The notes: generated by a model from the sequence alone, not told the origin. A DNA stretch of 63,609 bases, filler included, from Malacoraja senta (GCA_038087875.1; 6 parts of 6 records of this genome joined end to end with filler, not necessarily neighbours in it); one strand, 5' to 3'; positions 1 to 12,975 are shown, counted from the whole stretch's first letter. Program-made: numbers and translations.

Positions 1-3000
1 CATTGCATGCGAGTATGATGCAATTGCTATTTCTGATCATGCACCAGTGAAACTATTGATCAAACTACCTGATTCCAAGTTTAGTGCTAAACAATGGCGA
101 TTTAATGCTACTTTGCTCCAAGACTTAAACTTTATTAAGTTTATGAAAGATCAGATTGCTTTTTACTTCTTGACAAACTCTAATGAAGAAATATCCAATG
201 GTATAGTTTGGGATGCTTTTAAGGCATATATTCGTGGACAAATTATTTCATACTCCGCGGGATTAAAAAAACAAGCACAAAAAGAAATACGCACATTGGC
301 TGACGAGATTAAAGAAATTGATAAAAAATATTCAAAAGCTCCTAGTTTAGAGCTCTATAAGAATATAGTTGAACTTCAATTGAGTTATGATTTGTTATTA
401 GTATCACCGATTGAGAACCAGTTACTTAAAAACAAAAGTTAATTTTATATAAATGGCGCAGAATCTGGTAAATTACTTGCTAATCAATTGAAAGCAGTGT
501 CGGCCAAGCGTCAGATTACTAAAGTGAGTAAACGGGATGGTACAGTAACTGTAGACCATGACGAAATTAATAAATCCTTTCAGGAATTTTATACCTCCCT
601 ATACCAATCAAATTTTCCTACTGATTCCAATATAATGCATGAGTTTTTAAAGAAACTGAACTTACCAAATTTACCATACAATAATAATAATAATAATAAT
701 AACTTTTATTTACGGGCGCCTTATACCAAAGTCTCAAGGACACCTTACAGAGTTTAACAAATAAGAAACATATAATCGGAGTAAAATAAATTATAAAGAC
801 CTCACCAATACACAAATTAAAGACAGAATTCGATCCAAAGACACAACAAAAAAAACAAAAATCAGAAACACAATGTGAAGAGAGAGCAGCGGCAGCTAAA
901 CCGTGCCAGCGTCCACTCTCCCTTCCGACCGCGATCTTGGACACAGACTAAAAATAGACACTACATACAAAAATCATCCCCCCACAATGGTTACCAGAAG
1001 GCACAATGTCCAGTCCCCATCCCCAGATCTCCCCCAGTCAGGCCTATTGAGGCCTCCGCTATTGCCTCTACGGAGGCCAGATGTTCCTGAGTCTCTGTTG
1101 TTAGATGAACCCATCACGGAAGAGGAAATACAGAATGCAATTTTTTCAATGAATTCTGGTAAAGCTCCCGGTTTAGATGGGTTTACAGTAGAATTTTAAA
1201 AGTATTTCTCAAATTTATTGTCTCTATGGCTATGCAAGGTATTTAAAGAAGCCTTTTTAAGGAATAGATTACTACAATCTTTTTATGAAGCTTCTATTTC
1301 TTTAATTTTTAAAAAAGATAAAGACCCTACTGAAGTGACATCATATAGACCTATATCAATGTTCAATGTAAATTTTAAAATTCTTTCCAAAATATTAGCT
1401 ATGAGATTGGAAAAGATTTTACCGCAAATTATCTCTGAAGATCAGACAGGTTTTATTAAAAATCATTACTCATTCTTTAATGTTAGGAGATTAATAAATA
1501 TTGTATATACAGAGTCTAATAAAATCCCAGAAAGTGTCATCTCACTTGATGCCGAGAAGGCTATTGATAGAGTAGAATGGAATACTTATTCAATATACTT
1601 GAAAAAGTTAAGATTGGTCCAAAATTTATCTCTTGGATCAAACTGATATATCTTATACCTCAGGCTTCTGTATTTACTAATAATCAGAGATCCCCTTTTT
1701 TCAGGCTCTTTCGAGGTACTATACAGGGCTGTCCCTTAAGTCCTTTACTATTTGATATTGCTTTGGAAACTTTAGCCACTGCTATTAGGGAATCCCCTAA
1801 TATTTTTGGTATTGTCCGCGGGAATAAGACACATAAGCTATCTCTTTATGCAGATGATCTGTTATTATTTATTTCTAACCCTGAGAAATCTATTCCGGCA
1901 ATAGTAGCATTACTTAATCAATTCAGTAGTTTTTCTGGTTATAAACTAAATCTTAGTAAGAGTGAGCTTTCCCATTATATAATTTTGTTTCGAGTTATGG
2001 ACAGTTTCCATTTAGATTGACTACCGAAAGTTTTACTTATTTAGGTATTAAAATCACCAAGAAACACAAGGATTTATTTAAAGCTAATTTTATTCCTTTA
2101 ATTGACCATATTAAACATCAGTTCACTAAATGGTCACCAATGTCCTTATCCTTAATTGGCCGAATCAATGCTATTAAAATGTTCATTTTACCTAAATTTC
2201 TGTATTTATTTCAGACGATACCAATTTTTATTGCCAAATCTTTCTTTGATATTATAGACTCTAAAATATCTTCATATATATGGCAGAATAAAAATGCCAG
2301 ACTAGGTAAAAAATACCTGCAGAAATAAAAAAAAGTTGGTGGTTTGGCATTGCCGAACCTTAGACTCTACTATTGGGCAGTCAATGTTCGTTATTTAACA
2401 TTTTGGACAAAAGATTTAGAAGATACCCAATGCCCTGGACGGATAAACCTAGAACGTGATTCCTTACAAGGGCTATAATTGGCTTCTATTCTAGGGACCT
2501 CGTTACCTTTTACAATTACGAGATTGAATAAATATATGACGAACCCAATAATAAGACATACGTTCCGAATACGGTTTCAATTTCATAAGTTTTTTGGGCT
2601 ATCTGATTTTATCCAAATATCTCTTCCAACCATCTAGTACTGATCAAGTTTTTTTGTTATGGAAGAGGAAGGGATTAGTAGCTTTTTGTGATTTGTTTTT
2701 GGAGTGTTGTTTTATGTCTTTCGAACAACTCTCCAATAACTTACCTAATTCACACTTTTTTAGATATTTACAAATTAGACAAAAGGAACTACCCCTTTTT
2801 CCGCTACCACATCAACCCGAAATTTTGGATTTTTTTTACAGTGAACCCTTATCAGAAAGGATTAATAACAACTATTCATGAGTTGATTTTAAAATTACAA
2901 ATAGATACATTTGATAAAATTAAGAATGACTGGGAAAGAGAACTCCAAATGTCTTTATCTATAGAGAAATGGGAGAGGATCCTTCAATTAGTTAATACTT

Positions 3001-3985
3001 CTTCAATGTGTGCAAGACACGCTTTGATACAATTCAAGGTGGTCCACAGAGCTCATATGTCAAAAGATAAGTTAGCTCGTTTTTATGGTCATATAAATCC
3101 TACCTGTGACAGATGTAACTCTGAAGTGGCATCACTGACCCATATGTTTTGGTCCTGCCCTCTTTTGGAAAAATATTGGAAATAAATTTTTGATACTATT
3201 TCGGTAGTCTTAGGTATAGATTTACAACCTCATCCTATTACTGCAATTTTTGGGTTACCAATGTTAGATTCTATTCATTTGTCCCACTCCGCCCATCGGT
3301 TGATTGCTTTTACCACATTAATTGCCAGAAGATTTATTTTATTTAAATGGAAATATTCCAACCCTCCGACCACACTCCAGTGGTATTCTGAAACGATATC
3401 ATGTTTAAATTTAGAAAAAATCAGAAGTGATATTGTTGAACCCTTGGTTAAATTTGATAAGACTTGGGGAAAATTTATTGAACACTTTCATACAACATAA
3501 ATTGTTCCCTCTTTAACCGTTATAAAAAATATTTTACCTTCATAGGGTGGAACAGACTTGACGACAAACAGACTTAAATTGTTGAATTTCTCAGTTCAGA
3601 TTCGGTTTTGCTCTGTTTTGTTTTATTTATTTAATTTATTTTTATTCTTATTTTATTATTATCAATTTTTATTTTTTTAAGTTTATGGGGGTTTTGTTTT
3701 TTCTTTTTCTTTTTGTCTTTTTATCTTTGCTTTTTTTTACATTTATGTTTCCTTTTAAAGATTTAACTATATTTACATAGAGACCGAGAGGTCTATATTC
3801 ATTGTGTATTTTGACACTGGTCTCATATTAGGTTATACCTGTTATTAATGTGTTGAATCCTGATCCCTATGTATCAATACCATTGTTATATTTATCATTA
3901 TTCTTTTTCCTCTGTTTTTAATGTTTTATTTTTGTTTCTGTTTTTGTTTTTTGGAAAAAAAACAATAAAAAGATTTTAAAAGAAA
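1..3985 (+). mobile_element. L1-clade LINE, frameshifted ORF2 (APE C-terminus, RT, CCHC knuckle) plus 3' UTR/A-rich tail; 5' end outside window
   Basis: SDHAP endonuclease motif at window start; KAPGLDGFTVEF, YRPIS, DAEKAIDRVEW, QGCPLSP and LYADD RT motifs across several frames; CDRC..HMFWSC knuckle; AATAAA/A-rich end at about 3960-3985. Confidence 0.95.
677..1077 (-). mobile_element. 5'-truncated non-coding retroposon with (TTA)n tail inserted into the L1 ORF2
   Basis: (AAT)n run at left junction; CCA repeated at both junctions; removing it restores L1 frame NLPNLP|DVPESLLLDE. Confidence 0.75.
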
Positions 3986-3986
3986 G

Positions 3987-4520
3987 GTACTGAATAAAAA
4001 AGTTGGGATGTTCTGCTACAGTTGTACAATATGTTGGTGAGGCCACATTTGGAGTATTGTGTTAAGTTTTGGTCACTCCACTATCGGAAGGATGTCATTA
4101 ACAGGGCCTGTGATTCAGGGAGAGGATGAGAATGCTTGGACTTTAGTCCTTGGCACGCAAGAGGCTGAGGGGTGATCTTATAGAAGTTTATAAAATCAAG
4201 GAGCATAGATAGATTGAATGCACAGAATCTTTTAACCAGCCTTGTGTAATCAAGAACCAGAGGACTTAGGTTTAAGGTGAGAAGGAAACGAGTTACTCAG
4301 AACCAGAGGAAGTGGAAATATGGAAGAACATTCCAGGGGAAGGAGTTGAGGCAGGTATTAAAAAACATTTTAGAACACACATGGACAGGTACATACTGTA
4401 GATAGGAAAGGTTCAGTCAGATATGGGTCAATTGCAGGAAAATTGTAATTTAAACATGGCATCTTGGTTGGCATGGCCAAGTTGAGGCAAAGGGTCCATT
4501 TCCATGCCGTATGACTATGG
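3987..4520 (+). mobile_element. Degenerate CR1 LINE 3' fragment
   Basis: LVRPHLEYCV-like coding remnant and CR1 3' end similar to other copies in the window. Confidence 0.75.
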
Positions 4521-5074
4521 CTCCGTGGGCTTGAAAAGCCAATTCTTTTCTCTTTCACTGCTAAATGATAGTTAATCACCCTCAGTAATAGTGACCACAA
4601 TGGCAGACCCATGACCACGACTGGTTTAGTGATAATAAGCTAACCATTGCTTCAGTTCAAATGTGCATGTTGTTGATGTTCAAAGACTAAATTGTTGCTG
4701 CATTCTTAGTTTTGGCAAGGTGAGAAATGGCTTGGTTCTGGGTGCTGGAGCTGTTGGACATCTTGATACCATGAAAGCAGAACCTCCGTTTCAGGAAATA
4801 TACTTGCTGAATGGTGTCTCAGACCAGCAATGCCAGGGAACATTGTATTTTGAAGAGGAAATATTACACAACCAATGCCAAGTGCTCGAGAAAGCAGCAC
4901 ATCTGTTATTTCAATGAAAACTCTGCTCTTCATCCATCTTGACATTTTGATCACCCAGTTTATTTTATAATATTGTATAACATTTGCAATCAATTCTCAC
5001 AGTTTATGACATTTACAGCTGGCGTGAAGATGCATCAGTCAATACCTTCTGTCTTCCAATTTATTTTATTTAAT

Positions 5075-5255
5075 AGAAAGATAGAAACATAAAAAAATAG
5101 GTGCAGGAATAGGCTATTCGGCCCTTTGAGCCAGCACCGCCATTCAATACAATCATGGCTGATCATCCAAAATTAGTACTCCTATCCGGCTTTTTCCCCA
5201 TAATCCCTTGATTCCTTTAGCCCTAAGAGCTAAATCTAACTCTCTCTTGAAAACA
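5075..5255 (-). mobile_element. CR1 3' end fragment
   Basis: tagaaacat tail plus sequence matching the reverse complement of CR1 3' ends elsewhere in the window. Confidence 0.8.
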
Positions 5256-5261
5256 GTGATG

Positions 5262-5551
5262 CAGTGTGTAAACAGGCCATTTGTGCCACCAAATCCATAC
5301 TAACCAGCAATCACCCATTCATAATAGATTTCCCATCCACCCCCTACACTGTCAGGGTGACTTACCGAGGATGATTACCTGCACACCTGCTCATATTTGG
5401 GATATGGGAGGAAACCGGAGCTCCCTGAGGAAGCCAACATAGTCACAAGGAGAACGTGCAAACTCCACATAGGCAGTGCCCGAGGTCCAGATTGAACCTG
5501 GGTCTCTGGCGTTGTGAGGCAGCGGTTCTACCAGCTGCACTACCATGCTGC
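5262..5551 (-). mobile_element. V-SINE/HE1-like tRNA-derived SINE (degenerate)
   Basis: Reverse complement of the SINE at 6430-6745 (ggaggaaaccggag ... agaacgtgcaaactcc core). Confidence 0.75.
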
Positions 5552-6429
5552 ATTATGTACAAACTCTAAATCCTACACTGACTTTCCCTTCCACTTGTTA
5601 TATTCAACACAATAACTCCTTTACACAGGAGGAAAGTGAACTGCAATTCATCACCAGAATATGTCTTACAACAGTGTGATCACAGGCAAGAAACCAGTGA
5701 TATAGATGACTGAATTTACACTAAATCCCTGATCATCCAGCTCTCTTGGGATTTAGGAAATTGTAGATTTTAAGGACTGCTGCATGTTACTCCAAACATA
5801 CTTTAATTCAACTCATTGGGGCACTTGTTGAGCACGTCAGTGGTCGAGGTGCATCTGTACACTACTATCAGACTTAAGCGGAGGAATACCCATTGTAATT
5901 TGCATGAAGTGTCTCGAACCAGAATGTCACCTATATGTTGCCTGACCTGCTGAGTTACTCTAGCACCATCCCTCACAGTCTTTTCCAATCTTATAATTCA
6001 AAAATAGTCAGCATCTACATCATAAAGAGTCATGGAAATATGCAGCATACAAACATGGCCTTTGTCCCACTGACCTGCACCAACCATTCATGTACACTAA
6101 TCCTACATTTGTCCTACATTCTCATCAGCTCTCCCCACATTGTATCATGCACAATCCAGGGGACAACTAACCTACCAAACAATGTTTTGGGGATGTGGTA
6201 CGAAACCAGAGCACCTGGGGAAACCCACATAGTCACAGGAACAACATGCAAACTCCACAGATGTCGGTATTTAATTAAGATCTCTGACTCAGTACTGCCA
6301 TGTTTCACATTGTAGTCCACCTGTCATGTTGTTGCTCATTCATTCGACTTTCCACTTTGAACCATTTCTCCCACTACTCACATTCCCACTTAATTTTGAG
6401 TCATAGAAACATAGAGTCTTCCAGCAACA

Positions 6430-6745
6430 GTGGCCACGGAGGCGGCTACTGTGTGCAGCAGTAGAGTTGCTGCCTTACAGCGCTTGCAGCACCGGAGACC
6501 CGGATTCGATCCCGACTACTGATGCTGTCTGTACAGAGTTTGTACGTTCTCCCCGTGACCGCGTGTGTTTTCTCCAAGATCTAAGGTTTCCTCCCACACT
6601 CCAAAGGCGTACAGGTATGTAGGTTAATTGGCTTGGTGTGTGTGTGTATAGGATAGTGTTAATGTGCGGGGATCACTGGTCAGCGCAGACTCGATGGGCC
6701 GAAGGGCCTGTTTCGTCACTGCATCTCTAAATTAAACTAAAGAAA
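6430..6745 (+). mobile_element. V-SINE/HE1-like tRNA-derived SINE
   Basis: tRNA-like head with A/B-box-like motifs (gagacccggattcgatccc), conserved core gtacgttctccccgtgacc...ggtttcctcccaca, (ctaaa) tail. Confidence 0.85.
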
Positions 6746-7061
6746 ACTAGTAAATGTTAAACTGCAACCAATCTGCCTCATAGGTGACTTGGATCATGAA
6801 CAGTGCGAGCCCCCAACAGATCAGCACAGTGTCACAACTCGTAGAGCAGCTGCCTCATAGCGACACAGACCCGGGTTCAATTTTGACATTGAGTGCCATC
6901 TATGTGGAGTTTGCACGTTCTCCGTGTAACCGCATTAGTTGACAGTGGTGACTGTCGAGGCATTTCAGGTGTAGCTGCTGCCTTATCCTACTTGAGATCG
7001 ATCATTTCTTCAAGCCCAATATCTTTACTAGCAACAGTTCATCACAATTTTTCCATCTTAC

Positions 7062-7169
7062 CTCTCCTCTTTTTTCTCCTCCAAACAATTACTGCCAAGG
7101 CAATAGCCAGCAATATCAGCACACACACGGCAATAGGGCCTATGTGCCTGTCTTTCTTCCTATTTCCTT
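7062..7169 (-). CDS. Transmembrane exon (E)GNRKKDRHIGPIAVCVLILLAIALAVIVWRRKKRR, probably of the MHC class I-type gene whose C1 exon is at 11319-11585
   Basis: Acceptor ttatttttcAG, donor GTAAGA, 108 nt, phase 1-1, open frame, about 20 hydrophobic residues followed by a basic stop-transfer run; same strand as and phase-compatible with the C1 exon. Confidence 0.85.
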
Positions 7170-8289
7170 CTGAAAAATAAGAATGCATAATTTTACAAAT
7201 CAATTGCTAAGCTGTGCAGCTAAATAGATTGGCACTGTCTGAAGACTTCAGGGTGAAGAAGGGTCTCGACCCGAAATGTCACCTATTCCTTTTCTCCAGA
7301 GATGCTACCTGACCGCTGAGTTACTCCAGCATTTTGTGTCTATCTTTGGCGCTTTTCAACATATATAAATATGTTGTTTTGAATCACGGAGATCTGCAAC
7401 ATGGCAAAGGGGCAATATCTGTTCTGTACAACTCTATGATCTATGGCACTTAATTCATGAAAGAAGGTGAATTGAAAGCAGAAAGCTTTAACCCTATATA
7501 ATCTAACATCTGTTTTGGGGAAAATGCTGGATTCCTTTCAGTAATGGCAGAACATTTGAGTAATAACAAAACAATAAAGTGCATTAACAGGGCACTAACA
7601 GGAAAATTGTAGAAAGAAAGAGATGCAGATACTGATTTACACAAAAGCTTTAGTTTAGTTTATTGTCACGAGTACTGAGGTACAGTGAAAAGCTTTTGTT
7701 TCATGCTAACCAGTCAGTGGAAAGAATATACATGATAGACACAAAATGCTGGAGTAACTCAGCGGAATAGGCAACATCTCTGGCGAACATGGGCTCAGTC
7801 AGAAGGATTGTGACCCGAAACATCACCTATTCTTTTTCTCCAGAGATGCTGCCTGACCAGCTGAGTTATTCCAGCAATTTGTGTCCATCTTAAGTGTAAA
7901 CCAGCATTTGCAGTTTCTCCCTACACATGGACAGGTGACATTTCGTTTACGGACCCTTCTTCAAACTTTGTTTGAGAAATTGATTAGAATTCTTTGAAAA
8001 TGCAACAGGAACCCTTAGACAATGTATATTTGAGCAGCAGTAGTTTGCAGGTGTGCACAGCCCAAAATTCAAAAACAAAATGATGGAAATGCAGAATAGG
8101 TAACAAAATTGGAATGAGAAACAAAAGAAACACAATATATTGTAGAGATCCAAGCGTCGTGAACAAATCAATGTTTTTTTTAAGAAATACAGTTTTGGCA
8201 CACTCACGTTTAGTAAGGACTTGAGCAAAGTTCCTGCCGTTGTAATCGGGCACACCAGTTGACTGGCGATTAACTCATCACCAACTCCC

Positions 8290-8600
8290 ACCAAAACCCT
8301 GTCACATGATAGTCCCAGCTCCCCTGACGAGGGTTCTAGCAATAAGTGGCCTGACCACCAGATGTCGCCAGAATATCTGGATTTTCATAAGATATCTGAT
8401 CAAGTGATGCAAAGGCACATGCCTTATGACATTGGGGGTAATAATTAGCATGAATGGAAAAACAAATAAGAGCAAGCAGAGTCTTAAAGGAGTGTTTAGG
8501 TTGGGAAACTGCAACTGCAGGATGGGAATCAATGCAAGAAAGTGAACTACCTATCGTTGGTATTAAGAGCAGAAGAATGGACTGGTGGCGCTGTAGCCTA
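8290..8600 (+). mobile_element. Old degenerate CR1 RT fragment
   Basis: YLDFHKISDQV..IGGNN resembles YLDFQKAFDKV..GIGG of CR1 ORF2; contains stops. Confidence 0.55.
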
Positions 8601-9059
8601 GATTGCTGATGATACATAGATAGGTTGAAAATTAAGTTCTGGAGTATGTCAACAGTCTTCAGAGTGAAACATCAGATTCCTTATTTGTGCATTGTTTGAG
8701 GGAATCTTCAAAAGTGAGCATTTGTGTAGGTTAGTGCAGCATACCTGGAATCAAACTACTACGATCGCTGTTTGTCAGGCAGTTATATTTTTCATTGCTG
8801 TATCTGTAACTTGCGTTAGGGAACTTACTTCATTAGGTTTAGTTTTATTAATGTCAGATGTTTCAAGATACAGCGCAAAGGTTTGTTTTGTATGCTATCC
8901 AAACAAATTAGATAATACTATAGATAAATAAAAAACTCAAAATCAATAGATAGAGCAAAGAGGAGGATACAGAGTACAGAATATAGTTCTCAGCATTGTA
9001 ACACATCAGTTCCATGGACAATGTTCAATGTTCAATGAGGTTGAGGTGAATCGGGCATT

Positions 9060-9900
9060 AAACCTACATTATGGAAGGACCCTTCCGAAGCCTGTTAACA
9101 GGTGGAAAGGGGGTGTTCCTGAGTCTGGCAGTGCTTATTTTCAACTTTCAGTACCTATTGCCTGATGGGAGCAGGAAGGAGGAATGTGAGAAAGGTGTGA
9201 TAAGTCTCGTTTTCCAAGGCAACCTGGTGTAGATTGGGTCAATAGTGGGAAGTCTGGGCTGTGTGATGATCAAACTCCGCGGCCCGGGGTGGTCGAAGCT
9301 GCCGGCAGCTTCGGCAGCTTCGACCACCCCGGGCTGCGGAGTTTGAGCCGGCCCGTCGTGGAGCACGGATTCGGCCGCTGGACTGGCTTACCGTCGCCCG
9401 GCGGGGCCACAGCATCAGAAGCCTGGATCGCCTCAGCGCAGAGGGAGAAGAAAGCGGGAAGAGACAGAGACTTTAAGACTTTTGCCTCCATCACAGTGAG
9501 GAGGTGCCTGGTGAACTCACTGTGGTGGGTTAATTTGTGTTTATTGTGTGTTTTGTCATTTATTATTATATGTATGACTGCAGGCAACGAAATTTCGTTC
9601 AGACCGAAAGGTCTGAATGACAAATAAAGGAATCTCTCTAATCTCTCTAACTCTTTGTATATTCTTGCAGTCTTGGGCAGTGCAGTTCCCAAATCAAGAT
9701 GTGATGCAACCCAACAACATGCTTTCTCTAGCGGCATCTATAGATGTTTGCTAGAGTCACCAGAGACATGATGAATATTCTCAGTCTCCTGAGGAAGTAG
9801 AGGTGTCGGTGTGCCTCCTTGGCTATGTGGTCAGTCCATGACCGAATATTGGATATATTCATGCCAAGGAACACAAAGCTCTCAATCATTTCCACTTCAG
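9060..9900 (-). mobile_element. Degenerate Rex/Babar-like LINE fragment interrupted by a younger insertion
   Basis: LLPSGNRY and CCWVAS..LGTALPKTARIYKEL remnants resemble the RT C-terminus at 38251-38742. Confidence 0.6.
9270..9650 (+). mobile_element. Non-autonomous GC-rich retroposon with a 5' fold-back and (aatctctct) tail
   Basis: Ends AATAAAggaatctctctaatctctctaa; 34-bp inverted repeat at its 5' junction. Confidence 0.6.
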
Positions 9901-10199
9901 ACTATTGATTCAGATTGGGGCATGTACTCCTCCAGTGCCTTGCTGTTAATCACATCATGAGGAAAGATTCATTTTTTATTTAAACATACCTTTCATGGAT
10001 ATCAGTTCCACCACTGAGAATCCAAACTACTCCTTCCTTGTATATTAGTTATTTATTTACTTACTTTTAATAAATTTTCTGTTGACAAAGTCTTCTGCTC
10101 ATGTGGAGAGTGGGTGCTGATTACGTGATTACTTAGAGCAACACCACTAAACAAAGAAAGTTTAAGCATCTTGGAATATGGGATGTACTACATGGGATG

Positions 10200-11243
10200 T
10201 AGCAATGTCACAAAATTTTGAGATTTTAAAAATCAAGTCTGCAATTTATCCCATCAGATAAAGCATAAAAAGAAGTTTAATTTGACACCTAATCCACTTT
10301 CATATCTTCTGTATTAAAAAAGTTTGGCCATTTTCATACTCGGAAATTAGCATCTTGTTCCCTATTGCTTTTCCATTGACTTAACACAAAAGCTGTGATC
10401 AAGGACAGTCAAAAGCCCATAACTTTCTTAAAAATTAAGAGAACTTAATGACATTTTCAGTTATTATAGATTGAAGCATTCTGAAACAAATATGAAACAA
10501 TCTTACTTGGATGACCTGAAATTAAAGCATATAATTAGTTAGTTACCCAATTGTAGCTAATTACAAAATTCAATTACTAGATCTAAATATCTATCCATTT
10601 CTTAAGAAAAAGTTAACATTTTTTAAAAAGCCTAAGTGTCCAAATAACATTTCACAAGAATTCACAATATAACATGATTTTTAAATCTCATTGTCATTAA
10701 TTTATAGGCCAAATGGAAGGAATTTAGTGTTTAATTCCTGTAAATTAATGGTCATTTAAATCATCTTGCGAGTGGGATTTTGTGGAACGCGCTGGTTTGG
10801 AACGCTGCGGTTGCACTGAATTAAACCCCAATATCGGCAGGAAAAATACAGCCGGTTGGTATATTTAAATAATCACATTTTCGCAACTTTAAATTTTTAT
10901 TAAAGGCATCCTAAGAAGCAAGTTTATATGAAAAAATAAATGGTGTACCTTGCCTTGTCCCGTGCGTGAAATCCGTCCCCGTTGTCGGCGTTTACGGCAT
11001 TTGAAGATGATTTTAATTTTACTCCGCCAATTAAATTATAAAGCGCTAATATTAATAAACTTAATAAAACGGCAGTCGAAGCGATTTTTCTTCATCAACT
11101 ATTTAGCCTGTTCAAGATCGTTTAGAACAGGCTGCCGAAATATCGCATTTTAAACCCGGCCCCCTCTCAAAGGCGCCAAAGTCGCGCACACGGGCAGTGA
11201 CAGAACTGCAGCGCCGCTGAAGGTAAGTTTTGTAACATACCTA
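10200..11243. mobile_element. Non-autonomous TIR DNA transposon (about 1.04 kb, no transposase ORF)
   Basis: Imperfect 16-bp TIRs TAGCAATGTCACAAAA / TAGGTATGTTACAAAA (reverse complement of right end), flanked by a direct repeat GATG. Confidence 0.7.
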
Positions 11244-11318
11244 GATGTAGTCACAATGACTCAAATGGAATCAACAGAAGATAATGATTATCTATGAAAG
11301 AATATTTAACGTTCTTAC

Positions 11319-11585
11319 CCCAGATGATGGTCTTCCCACCGGGCAGGCTGCTGTGATCGACATGACAGGAATACCGTTTCCAATCATATGGATCATACTC
11401 AAGGACAGACCTTAGATGATATGTTCCATCGTTGTTGGGTATGACCCCAGAAGATTTTGTCTCAGAGACATGTTGACCATTCTGCAACCAGCTGACTTTG
11501 ATGGCCGGTGGGTAAAATCCAAACACAGTGCAGTACAGGACTGAATGATCATCAGGGCGGGCAGCAAGAGTGACCTCAGGGGAAA
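11319..11585 (-). CDS. Ig C1-set exon of MHC class I alpha3 type: (V)SPEVTLAARPDDHSVLYCTVFGFYPPAIKVSWLQNGQHVSETKSSGVIPNNDGTYHLRSVLEYDPYDWKRYSCHVDHSSLPGGKTIIW
   Basis: Acceptor ctgtcttgtAG, donor GTAAGA, 267 nt, phase 1-1, open frame; C..GFYP, W, PNxDGTY and YSCHVDHSSL motifs typical of class I alpha3 and related C1 domains. Confidence 0.9.
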
Positions 11586-12454
11586 CTACAAGACAGTAAG
11601 ATGGTTATTTTCACCTTCAGTAAAACTTGCAGTCACCCATCACAAAATATTCTTCAGTCTACTACAACCACCAAGTTACTGTCCACATCTGCCCCATTTT
11701 GCCTCTTTCGTCACCATCAACCAACCACGTGGTTTAAAAGGGATCGTACCCTCCCTGTTAAGACAGTACACAAGAAAGTTTGAAAGTATGTACCATTAAA
11801 TTCAGGAACAGCTACTTCCCCACTGTTATTGGACTACTGAATGATTCTCATGTAAGATAAGATGTTGTCCTGATCTTCCAACCAATCTCATTGTGATCCT
11901 TGCAACTCTTTTTGATCTGCACTTTCTCTGTAACTGTAATGCTATGATATTGTAAACCGATATTCTGCACTCTGAGTAGTTTTCTCTTTGCACTGATCTA
12001 CTTGTGGATGGCTTGATTGCACATGTGAAGTATGATCTGATTGGATAACACACAGAAAAAACTTTTGACTATATCACAGTTCACGTGACAATAATAAACT
12101 AATACCAACGGCAAATCTTTTCACTAGGGCATATTATTGACAATAATAAATAATTGACAAGTTACAAAATGAGCGTCAATTGGGGAGGGGACAAGCTTAA
12201 AATTGGCAGTATTTTCACTCCTCTTCAATAAGAGATAAAAGAGACCAGTCATTTGTTTACAAAATCTCTTTTTGCAGAGTGTGGTCATTCTCTGGCGCCA
12301 GAGATTTGTGAAGACAAAATCATTGGAAGTATTTAATATGGCGGTAGTTAAACTTTTGAAAGATTGGAAAATTGAGTGCAATGAGGAACTGGCACCGAAC
12401 AGGAGTTGATGCCTGAGGAACATCAGCCATGGTCATATTGAATGGTGGGCAGGT

Positions 12455-12975
12455 TAGAGGACCAAATTATAGCCATAGAGGGAGTGCAGAGAAGGTTCAC
12501 CAGACTGATTCCTGGGATGTCAGGACTTTCATATGAAGAAAGACTGGATAGACTTGGCTTATACTCGCTAGAATTTAGGAGATTGAGAGGGGATCTTATA
12601 GAAACGTACAAGATTCTTATGGGGTTGGACAGGCTAGATGCAGGAAGATTGTTCCCGATGTTGGGGAAGTCCAGGACAAGGGGTCACAGCTTAAGGATAA
12701 GGGGAAAATCCTTTAAGACCGAGATGAGGAAAAACTTTTTCACACAGAGAGTGGTGAATCTCTGGAACTCTCTGCCACAGAGGGTAGTTGAGGCCAGTTC
12801 ATTGGCTATATTTAAGAGGGAATTAGATGTGGCCCTTGTGGCTAAAGGGATCAGGGGGTATGGAGAGAAGGCAGGTACGGGATACTGAGTTGGATGATCA
12901 GCCATGATCGTATTGAATGGCGGTGCAGGCTCGAAGGGCCGAATGGCCTACTCCTGCACCTAATTTCTATGTATC
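12455..12975 (+). mobile_element. CR1 LINE 3' fragment (young)
   Basis: IEGVQRRFTRLIPGMSGLSYEERL...KAGTGY C-terminus, 3' UTR and (tctatgt) tail. Confidence 0.95.

Noticed and set aside
5800-5885. Possible cytoplasmic/terminal exon of the class I-like gene (ccgcttaAG|TC TGA, or SDSSVQMHLDH*)
   Set aside because: Weak acceptor, several equally plausible alternatives (for example 5015-5060), and no recognisable homology
6430-6520. tRNA-like heads of SINE copies
   Set aside because: They are SINE 5' regions followed by the SINE core and tail, not complete tRNA genes
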